64,000 nt of DNA. It comes from Bispira polyomma. Its lineage: Eukaryota. Under the pieces are notes generated by a model, which was not told the origin of the DNA, did no database searches, and saw only the letters and a program-made list of their open reading frames with translations. Within the stretch, counting starts at the first letter, position 1, and every line of letters begins with the position of its first letter. The translations under genes were made by a program, and so were the position numbers. Location: assembly GCA_965649765.1 (NCBI GenBank), contig OZ287757.1, positions 36,208,001 through 36,272,000 of the forward strand. Reading direction: 5' to 3'. Of the stretch, positions 38,157-50,980 are shown piece by piece.

Positions 38157-38615
38157 CCAGCTTTCTGACAGGCAGACAATGTCAAGGTTCATTGACTCTA
38201 TCAGGTGGATGAAGATGGACCCTTGTTATGGATGGATCAAGCATTACTGCCACTAATATTCATCTTCATAGGACAACTATAGTTCCATTATTTGGACCAG
38301 GGTTCAAATTAATGTTACCGGCAAGGATGAGGAGCAGGGAAGTCCAGAAACTGCTATTCCTGTAAAATCTAAATGGGTGAAGGTGTTGTGCACACAGAGA
38401 ACAGGTAGTACAGTTAGGTTAATGGATTAATTTATCTATGGTTTTATAAAAGTTTGTAAATTATGCTGCTATGCGCATGCTGTGAGCATGGTTCTCATGC
38501 CCTGACAGTAAATATAATAAAAACAAGAATGTTGAGAGGCAATACTATATTTTAGGACCAGAGGAGGAGGTGGGAGCAGGTTTCATAATTTAATGAAAAT
38601 GCGGTAAGGTGAGCA
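38157..38615 (-). mobile_element. Inverted diverged copy of the 37195-37630 LINE segment
   Basis: gacaatgtcaaggttcattgactctatcagg (38175) is the reverse complement of cctgatagagtcaatggactttgacattgtc (37581); homology continues to tgggagcaggtttcataattt / aaattataaaacctgctctca. Confidence 0.75.
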
Positions 38616-39330
38616 CTACTCCACTAGCAATATCAAAATGGTTGAGCGATAATGGGAGAACATATAAAAAACTGTATCAAACGCCAAATAAAAAATTATA
38701 TTGTGTGTCAAAATTTAGGTAAAAGTGATGGTTTTAAGATTTTGAACATAGATTGCCAGAAGATAGCACCAGAAACGAGTATATTGTACGTTTCATAATG
38801 GAAACGACGATTGGGAAAAATGGTACTCCCGTAACTGATCCATGCTGCTATCTCTGCTCGGTGTTAACTTTGCTCTTAAAACTAACAGTGGGCTGTCTTA
38901 TATATTTTACACATAAATGTTATGTCTAACACAAAGTTTAGACTGAGACGTTTTGTGAATATGGACCTTGGTACACATGATAATATGTACATACCCTAGA
39001 CATAATTGGATAAGTTATTGATGTATTGTAAGTGTTTCATTTCTCACCACAAAAGGTGCAGTAAAAAATAAACATAATAGATTGACCATTTTTGCCTTTT
39101 AGAGATAATATATAACCACGTCACTTAGATATATCTATTGAGCGTGCACTTTATTACAGCTCACCAGAAAATAGATAATCACTTGTGTTTCTACATACAT
39201 CTATTGTTGAATTTATATTGATGATTAGCTCAGGAGAACATTCCAAAGTCATTCATTTCACACCACAAAGGTGCAGGAAAGAACAAATATAATAGATTGA
39301 CCATTTTTGCCTTATAGATAAAATACAACC

Positions 39331-40665
39331 ATGTCACTAAGAAGTCCATTTTCTCCTCTTCCTGTACCAGATGTTGCTATACACAGACAGTTTTTTGAAC
39401 ACTTCGCAGAACACAAGGACAATATTGCTCTGGTAATATGATATACCTATTGAGCATGCATTTTATTGTAGCTCAACACCAGAATATAATTCATCACTTG
39501 TGTTTCTGCATACATCTTTTGTTGGATTTATATTGATGATCTGAGGAAAACATTTATTGCTTTCAAGCAATTTAACCAAATGGTGTCTTTCTAGCAAAGA
39601 GACAATAATAATTCAGTAATTTAACTATTAACCATTTTAAGAAGGTGAAATTAAAGATATCTTCACTACCAACATTTTTGATTTGGTTTTTGCATTAATG
39701 GATAGGCCAAACATTGCCCCAGAATAGCAAGTGAAAACTTAGAATAGACATGAATTGTATAATTATATTTATATCACATAATCAATTATTCAATGTTTTG
39801 CATATCATAGGTGGATGATATTTCTGGTACAGAGTATACACACAATGATATTGTTCATTTATCAAAACACATTGCCAGTGCATTAGTTAAACTAGGAGTA
39901 CAAAAGGGATATGTGTTTGCAATATACAGTTTTGACTGTCCAGAACTGGTCATTATGATGTGGGCAGTGTTTGCAACTGGAGCAACAGTGAAGAGTGTCA
40001 ACCCAGCAGAAACAGCATGTGAGCTTGTCCTAATATTTTGCTTCAGTACCTTTGTAATACCGTGGCAATATTATGGGGTAACTGTATCAGAAGAGTGAAT
40101 AATATTCGTTTTTATAGATAATGTCAGTGTATGTTTAACTCATTTCATTCACAATAGTGTTATATTTATAAAGATGAACTGAATAATCAGCTACTAGATT
40201 CATCAGCCAAATTCATATACACATCCAATGAAGGGATAGCAACTATGACAGATGCTATCAAGGATATCATGCTAACTAAGGTGATTGTTAGTTTTTGTGG
40301 CTCTTATGATGCCTATTTTATTACGTATTTGCTTGGCAAGCCACCTTTGATTCTATGTCACATGTAGTCGTTTCTTAAATTATCTATTATTCAATATTAC
40401 CTTGGTAAACAGTTTTGTCTGGTACTAATTCTCTTTTTTTCTTTTCTTCAATGGAAAATATTATTAACATCTCCACACATCTACAATTATAAAATAACAA
40501 CATTTACCTTTTTAAATTTACAACGGTTCTTTTGATATTTTAAACTGGCTGTTTTGTACTTTTTGTATTGCATGTAATATTTGTCAGAATGTATTTGTCA
40601 GACCTCTAGAAACATATCAGTTTAAAGTTGACAAGATTAGTCCATATTTTGATAAAAAATGAGGC
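39331..40665 (+). pseudogene. Truncated 4CL/luciferase-like acyl-CoA synthetase duplicate (exons 1-3 only)
   Basis: Exons 39331-39432, 39811-40018 and 40174-40280 match exons 1-3 of the gene at 55085 in size and sequence. After intron 3, only an exon-4 acceptor stub (cagaatgta ~40584) remains, followed by intron-4 sequence (40625-40663 ~ 57031-57069). The P-loop exon is deleted and no later exons were found. Confidence 0.85.
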
Positions 40666-40764
40666 AACAACAATCTATAGAATATTTAACCTTTGACCTA
40701 GCAATTACTGAATATTTTATTATGTTCTTTTTCTGTGGACCCAATCATGTTGAAGGTTTCAAAA

Positions 40765-40795
<31 letters not shown>

Positions 40796-41849
40796 GACAA
40801 ACATTAGATTTTGGATGATATATAACATATATATATACATACTTTGGTTACGGCTGGAAAGAATATAAAATTTGCCACCATCTGAAATTCGCCACCAAGA
40901 AGATGTTGTATTTTTGGTAGAATTGAGGTTAATATTTGCTTAAATAAAGATTTTTTATGGCTGATTTACGATCCATCTTTCATTTATTTGGCTTAAATTT
41001 TAAGGGTGGTGAATTTTAGATACAGGAGCAAATTTTAAATCCCTTACTGTTTAAAAAAAATAGTCACCAAGAAAAAAAATATACAGACGCTATAATGAAT
41101 TGTGTGAGCACACTATACTATGTTTATTAAAGGTAACCTCGCTTGTCATTTTTAAGAGTAAAGATTGATTAGAACACCATGAAGGAATGTGTAAATGGAA
41201 GCTATATCTGTGACAATATCAATAAACCATATGGGTCAGATATTGACTGGGTGTTAGTTAGTGGTAGCTTCTAATGTGTGACAAACACTTTTTTTGGAAT
41301 AACAATTTTGTTACAGGAATTTTTTTTTTCATTTGGTAACTATTATGGTTGAACTTTGTGTACCGGCATGTGTGTGACAGTTATTTTTTTTGCAAACAAT
41401 ATCTGAAATAATAGTGCTTTTCAAGAGTGTTTTTATCACAATGGGTATTATTGTACTGGTAGTACTGAGGATGTGACCTCTGGTTTAACATATTTTTTTT
41501 TGTTTCGTTTGTAAAATAAGATTTACCCTTTGAGGCAGGTCGCTAGATAAATAATTTTTTGGTAGGTTATGGGTACACAGATCAACAGATAGACAGATGG
41601 CTTTTTTTTTTGTAACTTAAAGGTTGAAAGATAATAATTGTGTATTTTACTTAATAATTTTTTTTTTTTTAACTTACAGGTCGACAGATTTTTTATTATA
41701 GATGGGTCGACGGATAAACAATTGTTTTTTATGGTCTAGGTAGACAGGTCGACAGATTTTTTTTGTTTGTAACTTATAGGTTCACATATAGACGCATGTA
41801 TTCGAGATATGTGACCGCTTCAGCAGCCACTGCCGGATTGTTCCCTCTA

Positions 41850-42452
41850 GTTGGATTAGAACCGGGGCTCTTTGGATCTCAAGGTTAATAGTCGAGTACA
41901 CTAATATTTGAGCTAAAGGGGAAACCCTTAAATCCTTAGTGTTTAATGCGTCTATATACATGCATATAACGTACCTCTCCCCCATGAAGACCTTACTTCA
42001 AGTCTTTTACTACTACTACATTATAATTTTACTGACTCACTTGGCTGATGAGAGGGCTAATGTTTCCATTGATCTCCACCATGTAAACGTATAAAGATTC
42101 TTACCTCTGTGAGGATTAGAACCGGGGGTCTTTTGAGCTTATGATTAATAGTCCAGTATACTAATAGTTGAGCTTAAGGGAAAACCCCCGAAGCGTGAGT
42201 GTTTAATGTGCTGATATACACAGATATTACATGCCTCTCTGCCACAAAGACCTGACCTGTCTTATACTGCTACTACATCATGATTCTACTAACTCACTTG
42301 GCTTCTGAGAGGGAGGATCTTTCCACTGATCTACACTATGTAATGTGATCTTTGGATCTTTAGATTAATAGTCCAGTATGCTAACAGTTGAGCTAAAGGG
42401 GAAATCCGAAGTCTGAATGTTTAATGTGCACGGATATGCACAGATATTACAC
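41850..42452 (-). repeat. Tandem ~260-bp repeat containing a tRNA-like Pol III A/B-box cassette (3 degenerate units)
   Basis: ggattagaaccgggg at 41853 and 42113. The minus strand reads CCTTTAGCTCAA..TTAGTGTACTGGACTATTAATC..GATCCAAAG..CCGGTTCTAATCC. Confidence 0.7.
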
Positions 42453-42502
42453 TTTTGTTGGACTTTCCATTTTTGAGCCTCCACAACACCTGAAAATGAC
42501 TT

Positions 42503-43386
42503 AGAGCCCTTATAGAGCTCTACTCAGCTCAATTGCTCCACCAGATCAGGCGGAGTTGGGCAGAGCTCATTTTACCACCTGAAGGCAAAAATTGCATCAA
42601 AAGTGCACCCCAGACAACACTCTGCCAAAAATATGGAGTTCAGTATTGTTCATTGGTTAGGCTTGGATAATGAGACAAATAGTACAGATAGACGCAGATG
42701 TCAAGAACTGTACTATATTTGGTGCATACCAACCCTCTACCCTAACTGGAATTCATGTATTTGTGTGATGATGCCCTCTTACCTGGCACCCTTACCCTAG
42801 TGCCCCTTTACCCTTTATATTCTTATATTGGGCACTTCACACAATAGAGCTCAAAAGCTTAACTAAGTCATTATGACATCACAACGTCCACCTGACGTAA
42901 CACACCCATCTGACGTCACATTACAATCAGGGTATTATGACATTACTGTCACCAGGCAACTCACCTTACTTACCTGGTTTTTACTCTGACCACTCCATTC
43001 AAGCTGTATTTGAATATAGTGTCAGTGGTATTTGTGTAATCATCATAACTACCAAATTGCCATATATTTACCAAATGTGCATGAACGCATTCACAAATAC
43101 TCACACTGAACTAACTTGTGTTTATTTATATATTACATGTTAATTTTACCTACTACCACATATGGTTCTATTTCTTGGTCTATTGAAAACCATGGATAAA
43201 TGAAATCCTATTGAAGCACATCTTTTGGATTCTATATTTTATTCAGATAAAAATATTAATTATACTCCACACAGGTATAATTATAATCATTTATATTATA
43301 TTATAAACTATTATATATATCTGCCTTTATTAACTGTACACTATCTGTGGACCCTACCTGGTCAGCTTAATTAAGTGTAATCATGG
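42503..43386 (+). mobile_element. Penelope-like element 3' fragment (GIY-YIG C-terminus) flanked by an exact 32-bp direct repeat
   Basis: ORF 42603 QHSAKNMEFSIVHWL..RRRCQELYYIWCIPTLYP, then (+1 frameshift) TGIHVFV*, fits the R..E..WI..L.TL.P.G.N end of PLE endonucleases. ttttgagcctccacaacacctgaaaatgactt occurs at 42471-42502 and 43387-43418. Confidence 0.6.
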
Positions 43387-43419
43387 TTTTGAGCCTCCAC
43401 AACACCTGAAAATGACTTG

Positions 43420-44319
43420 TAAAATCTTTTATATGAATCTAGATTAAATCCATTGTTTGAATGCAGTCGACAAATACAAGATACTTTAAGTCCTTTAATA
43501 AAGCAGTTCAGATCTAACCTTTTGTAATCCTCCTTGCAAGAATCCTTGGGTCAGTTGTTTTCTTTTGATTTTATCCGGTTTACCATCCCAAATGAACTTA
43601 TAAAAATATGTGTTCAGTTGCCGTATCAATTCAATTTTAGGACTTGGAATAGCAATAAAGAGGTGATTAAATTTTGGTAAGATTATAGTTTTTAATACTG
43701 TGATTCTCCCTATTGGTGTTAAATACCGGCTCATCCAACTGTTCAAAAGTTTTTCTACTTTTATTAATACCAGTTTATAGTTGAGATCAACAACATTATC
43801 CAAGTCAACTGATAATAATAATCCTACTAAATTGAATTCGGTCAACCCCCAATTCAAATTTCTAGCTACATTCAATTTGTCTTTTGAATATCTTTTTTTA
43901 CCTATCCATATCAACTGTGTTTTGTCAGTGTTTACTTTTAAACCTGATATTGAGCCATATATTTCTAACGTGTTCAATGCTGCCAACAGAGAATCAGTTG
44001 TGCCATCTAACATAAGGGTCGTGTCATCAGCAAACTGTATTAACTTTAGTTCGTTTTGACCAATTGTTATTCCTTTAATACTTTTGTTTTGCTCAACCAT
44101 AAGAATTAGTATCTGTGCACAGAGAATAAATAAATATGATGCTATTGGGTCGCCTTGTCTGCAACCTTTTTCAATCGTTATAAAATCAGACAATATACCA
44201 CATTGTATCACAGTTGCCTTAATATTTTTATTGAAAGTTTAATCCAGTGTATCATACTATGACCAAAACCTAAGAATTTTAATACTGAATATAGGAACCT
44301 CCATGAAACAGAATCAAAA
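43420..44319 (-). mobile_element. L1/Tx1-clade LINE reverse transcriptase fragment
   Basis: FDSVSWRFL..., KGCRQGDPIASYLFIL, QFADDTT, GLKVNTDKT, LTPIGRITVLKT, FIWDGKPDKIKR, GGL. Confidence 0.95.
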
Positions 44320-44918
44320 TATCAGATATACATCTAAACTCTAGTGTTAGAGATATCATATATACATGTAAACGCTAGTGTTCGGGATATCATTTATACA
44401 TATGGGGCCGTATTCACTAACAGTCTTAAACTAAGCCAAAACTTAGGCTTAGCCCAGTCTTAAATCTAAGACTTTTGTCTTAGCTAAGCTTTGTCTTATA
44501 ATGGTATTCACAAAAGGTGACTTAGCTAAGACTATTTTAAGACAAAAGCCTTAAATTTAAATTGTTCTATTTACATGAATACAAAGTATTATTTACATTT
44601 TTACACACACTAATATACAATATAATTATTTAGGCCTATATGAACTTCCCAGATTTAAAAGAAATCATTAAATAAGAAATTGTTTTCTTTCACTGGACTT
44701 AGACTTAAGACTTGCTAAGTCCCCTTCAAAAGATATATGATTTAAAATATGTTAGGAATTATACTACTTTTTGTTTGACTCATCACAGGTTACAGTAAGG
44801 ATTGTTTGCTATTTGATATCATAATACTATTTTTAGGGATACGATATATACATAGCAACTCCAGTTTTAGAGATATCATACATACATGTAAACTCTAGTT
44901 TTAGGGATATCATACATA
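44320..44918. repeat. 34-bp minisatellite (left part), interrupted by a truncated GGGCCGTATTCA MITE at ~44405-44730
   Basis: gatatcatatatacatgtaaac units at 44320-44403 and 44813-44918; the MITE terminus matches the 11965/33007 family. Confidence 0.85.
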
Positions 44919-45325
44919 TGTAAGTCACTGCGGGGCTGTAGACAGCATGACCAGTCAGTCGCTAAAAGTCAGTAGTTTACTGTATCTGTGTCCACACACC
45001 TATGGGTATTGACTTAAAGCCAATCACAGCTTAGCTAAAGGAAGGTCCCTCTCTTAAATTGTTTACTAACCTGCTAGCCAATCAGAAACAGTATAGAGGA
45101 AGGTTTTCCCTCCTTTTTCTCATATGTGGCATTAAATAATTAGTGACCAAAGTGTCAAGAAGTGGAAAAATTTAAGCAGCCACATTGGCAGCAGCCATAT
45201 TGAAAAAAAAACGAACTTATATGAAGTTTTCTTTACAACTTTGACTTGTTTTAGTGTTTTTGGTGTGTTTTTATGTGTAAAGTAATAACTAATGGGAAGA
45301 TACGTCGTAACCACTAGGAAATGTA

Positions 45326-46440
45326 GTGATACCACAATGGAAAAGGGAAAAAACCAGGCAGAGTCAACATGAGTTGGCCGAGTGTTCAAAATGTAAAATA
45401 AAACATGAGAGACCGGTTGGTGTAAAGTGTTTGAAAAACTGTGTCTTGGATACAGTTATTACAGAGGAACCCATTAGCGACAGCGAAATGGCTGGTAGCA
45501 GTGAGATGACTAATCAAGGTGAGCACGGTGTCAATCCCTATGAAGAAATGTGCAGAAAACAGCAAGAAATGATGGACACCATACTGCAATCCGTGTCTAC
45601 AATACAGAAGGATGTCACAGAACTAAAGGCTAAGGGTAGTGATTCCATGATTCAGGCGGACGTTATGAGGACCTCGGGGGAGCTAGCCAGGATGACTGCC
45701 TACAAAGAAACGCGAGTTATAGTCAAGATCACGTTACAAAAATCACACCTGTAACTACTCCTCGATATCGCACACCCCCCACCACTACCTTAGTACAACC
45801 CACACAGGGGCAAACAACGCATCACCCAAGATCGACAAACTAGAAGCAGGACGACTGGCAGCAGGGTCCATCAGTACCCGTTAACCCCCATAACGTGCCT
45901 TCAACAGTGGGGAATCCATACTGGGGCACATACAAAACGCCGATTAACCCAGACAGGCCTTCATACCCAACCACTGAGCAACAGTGAACACAGGAATGGA
46001 ATCAGGACGCAGTTCGTGACATTCATCCAACAACAGACGTATTAAGACATTCTGCCCTCATACAAAACAAAGTGAACCACAGATTGGCACAATATGAGTT
46101 CATGGCTACCGACGACATACGGTAAGCTTTATTTTAAAAAAAGATCTGGACGTTTTAATACTTCAGAAAAATGTACTACTGACCCCCAGAACAGGTGGCC
46201 GAATGAGAGTTGTTTGGTCGGCCTTTCTAAAAAACGGTCGGCTTACGATGATCTAACTGTTTCACAATTTGCTTCAGGCCAAATTCAAAATATTTTGGAG
46301 GTTAAAAACGCAGCAACATCTAGAGTGATGTTAAGGCAGTTAGGGGACACTCTACGGGACGCGAGTAATATATCATGACAGGTGGCCAAGGCCACCTACG
46401 CGAGCAACATGCATGATTTGGAAGAGGGGCGTGCAGAGGC
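45326..46440 (+). pseudogene. gag-like ORF of the Ngaro element (frameshifted)
   Basis: N-terminal CSKCKIKHERPVGVKC zinc knuckle; GKLYFKKRSG..RWPNE..YDDLTVSQFASG..NIS*QVAKA..LEEG with a TGG>TGA stop at 46376-78. Confidence 0.75.
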
Positions 46441-46603
46441 AACTGTTTATGAACCAGTTAGCACCAACAGTAGTATCTATGGCAATGTGTTGGAAAATAC
46501 AGACAATGACAATGAGAATAGTTTATGTAATACATTTATTAATTTAGGAAAAGACGAACAAATTTGTACTTTTGAAACTATGAATATAGATAGGTGAAGT
46601 GAT

Positions 46604-49123
46604 ATGTCATATAGTGTTCAGGTCAGCACTGAAATTAGTAATGAGGCAGTGAAAGTTAATGGTAGTACAGAGACCACTGCTGAATACAAGTGGGTTACTG
46701 TAGATGTTTATAGAAGTTATAATGTGAACTATAATGCTAACCAACTGTTTTATATTACGTGTAGAAGTGATACTAACCTAAATGGTGTATATGAGTTGTG
46801 TTACAATAATGTATTTCAGACAACATTCATGAAAACTGATCATAACATAGAGGATGTATGGCCTCTATCATACTACACACAGACAGTTATAGGAGCACAT
46901 CATTTACCACAACCAAGCAAAAACATACGTACAGACAAGACATATGATTACACTGACAGGTTTAAGCACAACAAAACTTCACATGTAAGGACAAAAATAG
47001 GGCAAGCAAACTATTATATTGACATCATAGACAAACTGTGTAATATAGTTATACCTTCTAGTTACATGCAGATTAGTGAAACAGGTTACATGGCTAGAAC
47101 ACAGTATGAGGAACAATTACACAACAGTAATACAGCTCGTGCTCATTCTAATACGAAGAATACACATCACACTTGTACAACACACAAGAAACCATCACCT
47201 CATAACATAATGGACAAGGCACTTACCAGACAGATGGACTTGAACGTTAGGCAGGGACAGTTAGGAAACGACAGTAATACTCACAAGGAACTCATGTGTG
47301 AGAATGACGACTTATTCACACATTTCTTAGATGAAGACAAACTCAATAATGTTGACACTGAACAGGATAGGGAATGTAATCCAATAAGACAGTACGGGTT
47401 TATTCCTCACAGTAGCACAAAATTTCGGTTTATAGGTCCAAGTAGAGAACCAGTCGATATTAAGGATTATGCTACTCTAATAAGAATAGCTGACACAATT
47501 AAAGAGACGGGTCAGCCAAACTACCAGAATGCAAGAATCCCTATTATTTCTGGACTAAATATAGACCAGTGGAAACACTACTTAAGCGATTATCCAGATC
47601 AGCAACTGCTACAGTACTCGGAATATGGCTTTTCTATATCCTTTTATGAAAGGAATCGATTAAACACACAAAAAGTAAAGAATCACTACTCAGCTTTACA
47701 ATTTCCTGAATACATTGACCGGTACTTTACCAAAGAAGTAAATAAAGGTACTATTATTGGCCCTTTTAGTTCACTCGACAACAAAGAAGTACATTGCTCT
47801 TCTTTATTGACACGTCCAAAGGACGACGGACAGAGAAGATTAATTTTAAACCTGTCTCACCCAAATGGGGCGTCAGTAAGTGACTGTACCATTAAAAGTG
47901 AATATGACTATATCAGGTTTACTTTAACACTACCAGCCATTGATCAGATAGTCAACCAAATTAAACATATTTGTCCAACAGCAAAAATAGCAAAGGTCGA
48001 TGTGGCTCACGCCTTTAGAAATTTGTGAGTCGACCCTTTTGACTGCCTTAAACTCGGCTACAGTTGGAAACATAATTATTATGTGGATTTAACTCTGGCG
48101 TTCGGCCTCACACACGGAACCGCCGTTTTTATGAGAACATTTGATGCAGTGACGTACATAATGAAACGTCATAACTTTAAGGTCTTCAATTATATCGACG
48201 ATTTTGTCAACGTAGAATCTGAGAGTAAGGCAACCTTAGCTTTCGAATTTCTGAAGAAAATACTGAACGACCTTGGTCTCCCCATAAACAAAGACAAATC
48301 GGTACCGCCAAGTACACGTGTAACATGTATGGGAATTACCATTGATGTGTGTGAAAAAACTTTGAGCATAGACAAAGATAAATTACAATCAATACATGAA
48401 ACGTGTTGGGAATTTATTCCTCTGACTAAAATAAGAAAAAATAAATATCAATCCTTGCTGGGGAAATTGCTCTATATTCATAGATGCATTAAACCAGCAA
48501 GGATTTTTATGAACAGAATACTAAATATACTGAGAAACTCGACAAGTGACAAGACTATAACTTTAAACCAGGACTTTAAGAGAGACTTAAACTGGTTTCT
48601 TAGATTCCTTTTTGACTATAATGGCACTACAAAGTTTCAAAGTGATGACATAGTACAAACTACATCATTACAAGTAGATGCATTTTTAGAAGGCATCGGT
48701 GGAGTACCTGACAGTGATGTATTCACTGCCATCTTGCCCTTATGTATTAAGCAATCTTTATCCATAGTTCACTTTGAGATGCTGAGTTTACTGGTAGCAA
48801 TAAGACTATGGAAACACAAATTCAAGGATAAAACAGTTAGTATACAGTCAGACAATGCCGCAGTTGTCTCTGTTGTGCAGTCCTCCAAAACTAGGGACCT
48901 CTATTTAAGCATGTGTCTAAGAAACTTATGGCTCGTTTGTGCAAATTACAATATTAACCTTAACATAAGACACATAGAGGAAAAAAAGAATAATATAGCA
49001 GACGTCCTATCTAGATGGCATAAACTAGGTACTCATAGCTATGAAATGAAAAGAGAAATTTTAAGTAACTTTGTTATGAATGAAGTTAAGGTTGACTTAT
49101 TTTTAATGAATAATGATATATAA
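46604..49123 (+). pseudogene. RT/RNase H ORF of the Ngaro element with one in-frame stop (48026-28)
   Basis: IIGPF..RPKDDGQRRLILNLSHP..AKVDVAHAFRNL*VDP..LAFGLTHG..YIDD..QSLLGKL..QVDA..HFEML..SDN..NNIADVLSR; the frame is continuous across the TGA (probably from CGA). Confidence 0.92.
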
Positions 49124-49131
49124 TTACAGGT

Positions 49132-50106
49132 AACCCTCTAGCAGTCAGAACCCTCATTTCTGACACTATGACAAAAATTAAAGACAGCCAGCGTCCAAGA
49201 ACACAGAGACAATACGACAGACAATTCAGACTGTACATGGCCTTCATGGTTTACCATAACATAGACAACCACTTTTCGTTTACCTCTCTGCTTGCATTCA
49301 TGGAATATTTACATCAAGCTAATATTTCACACAAAGTTATTAACAATTACATTGCAGCTATTCGTCACTCATGTAAGCTGCTTCACATTCAGAGTCATCA
49401 GTTATATGACTATCGAATTACTATGTATCAGAAAGCTTTAGCAATTAACTCAAGGTTTACACCTAAACCTAAAGGCATTTTGGACATAAAACAATTGCAA
49501 GAAATATCAAAACTATGTGAAACTTTGGTTTTCCCAGAGTTGTACAGAACTGCAATATTATTTGCATTCTTTGGGTTCTCAAGGATCTCAAATCTAACCC
49601 CCTCAACTTCAAACACTTTTGATCCCTCTCGACACCTCACAAGGGCTGATGTACTCTTTGCTCCACCAGGCATACACTTGGTCCTTAAGTGGTCTAAGAC
49701 CAACCAATCAAGAGAAAATGTAAATATTATCCAGCTCCCGTGTTTGGAAAATGTCTGGCTTTGCCTAGTTACTTCTGCTAGAGCCCTGTTTCAAAAATAC
49801 CCTGTACCTTCATTATCCCCCTTACTAGCTCACCCAGGCTACAGGGGTAAATGCATCTCAGAATCAAAATTAAGAGAGGCATTAAGATCTCTATTAGTAA
49901 AACTGGGTATTCCTCATCAAGGCCATACTTTTCATTGCCTGCGAAGATCAGGTGCCTCATTGGCCGTTAATGCAAATATAAAGCTCCAAAATATCCAGAA
50001 ACACGGGTGCTGGAAATCCAATGCCATTTGGCACTACCTTGACTCGAATACTCATGCTGCTTTGATAATACCTCAAACATTTGCGGCTATTATCCCTCCT
50101 TCCTAA
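49132..50106 (+). CDS. Tyrosine recombinase of the Ngaro element
   Basis: FFGFSRISNL (R), KWSKTNQ (K), HTFHCLRRSGAS (H-x-x-R), HGCWKSNAIWHY (H/W, Y). The frame is open from 49132; first ATG at 49168. Confidence 0.93.
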   Translation, partial: NPLAVRTLISDTMTKIKDSQRPRTQRQYDRQFRLYMAFMVYHNIDNHFSFTSLLAFMEYLHQANISHKVINNYIAAIRHSCKLLHIQSHQLYDYRITMYQKALAINSRFTPKPKGILDIKQLQEISKLCETLVFPELYRTAILFAFFGFSRISNLTPSTSNTFDPSRHLTRADVLFAPPGIHLVLKWSKTNQSRENVNIIQLPCLENVWLCLVTSARALFQKYPVPSLSPLLAHPGYRGKCISESKLREALRSLLVKLGIPHQGHTFHCLRRSGASLAVNANIKLQNIQKHGCWKSNAIWHYLDSNTHAALIIPQTFAAIIPPS

Positions 50107-50821
50107 ACTTCTCTTTGGCTTTGGGGTTTATAAAAATTTATTTTATCCTAAATTTTTATGTACAGTTGAAGATTTAAATCATGTAAATAAACTCTCCAAA
50201 CTTTAAATCTAGTTATCCCTGGCTTTGCCTTACACGAGTCTGCTTTAACGTAAAAGCTACTGTGTAAGTCACTGCGGGGCCGTAGACAGCATGACCAGTC
50301 AGTCGCTAAAAGTCAGTAGTTTACTGTATCTGTGTCCACACACCTATGGGTATTGACTTAAAGCCAATCACAGCTTAGCTAAAGGAAGGTCCCTCTCTTA
50401 AATTGTTTACTAACCTGCTAGCCAATCAGAAACAGTATAGAGGAAGGGTTTCCCTCCTTTTTCTCATATGTGGCATTAAATTATTAGTGACCAAAGTGTC
50501 AAGAAGTGGAAAAATTTCCCACCCTCCACCCAATAAATTGGAGGATATGTATATTTTATTTATATTTAATGATGAATATTCATCAGTTTATACCTATACA
50601 AGTTATGATACAGTTTGATTGATTATACACGTTATAGTTTTATCAAGCATTTTATAATTTTTAGTTTATACTCATTTATATGGGGTTTATAAAAATTTAT
50701 TTTATCTTAAATTTTTATGTACAGTTGAAGATTTAAATCATGTAAATAAACTCTCCAAACTTTAAATCTAGTTATCCCTGGCTTTGCCTTACACGAGTCT
50801 GCTTCAACGTAAAAGCGACTG

Positions 50822-50980
50822 CATATAAACTCCAGTTTTAGGGATATCATACATACATGTAAACTCTAGCTTTAGGGATATGATATATACATATAAACTC
50901 TTGTTTTAGGGATATCATATATACATGTAAACATTAGTTTTAAACTCTAGTTTTGGGGATATGAAAAAAACATGTTAACT
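50822..50980. repeat. 34-bp minisatellite (right part, resumes after the Ngaro element)
   Basis: catataaactccagttttagggatatcatacatacatgtaaactc... Confidence 0.9.

Larger units (their letters stand above)
44919..50821 (+). mobile_element. Ngaro-type tyrosine-recombinase retrotransposon with split direct repeats A1-gag-RT/RH-YR-B1-A2-B2
   Basis: A1 44919-45173 = A2 50263-50517 (255 bp, 3 mismatches seen); B1 50122-50262 = B2 50681-50821 (141 bp, 3 mismatches seen). No TSD, and no methyltransferase ORF between RNase H and YR. Confidence 0.93.

Noticed and set aside
42040-42090. CTGATGA in the tRNA-like tandem unit as a hammerhead ribozyme core
   Set aside because: It is on the strand opposite the Pol III boxes and there is no GAAA after the stem (TGTAAAC/TGCAAAC); not supportable without a consensus.
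44919-50821. Classifying the element as DIRS-type or as a Crypton
   Set aside because: It has split direct repeats rather than inverted termini with an ICR, it encodes RT, and no methyltransferase is visible; this fits Ngaro.
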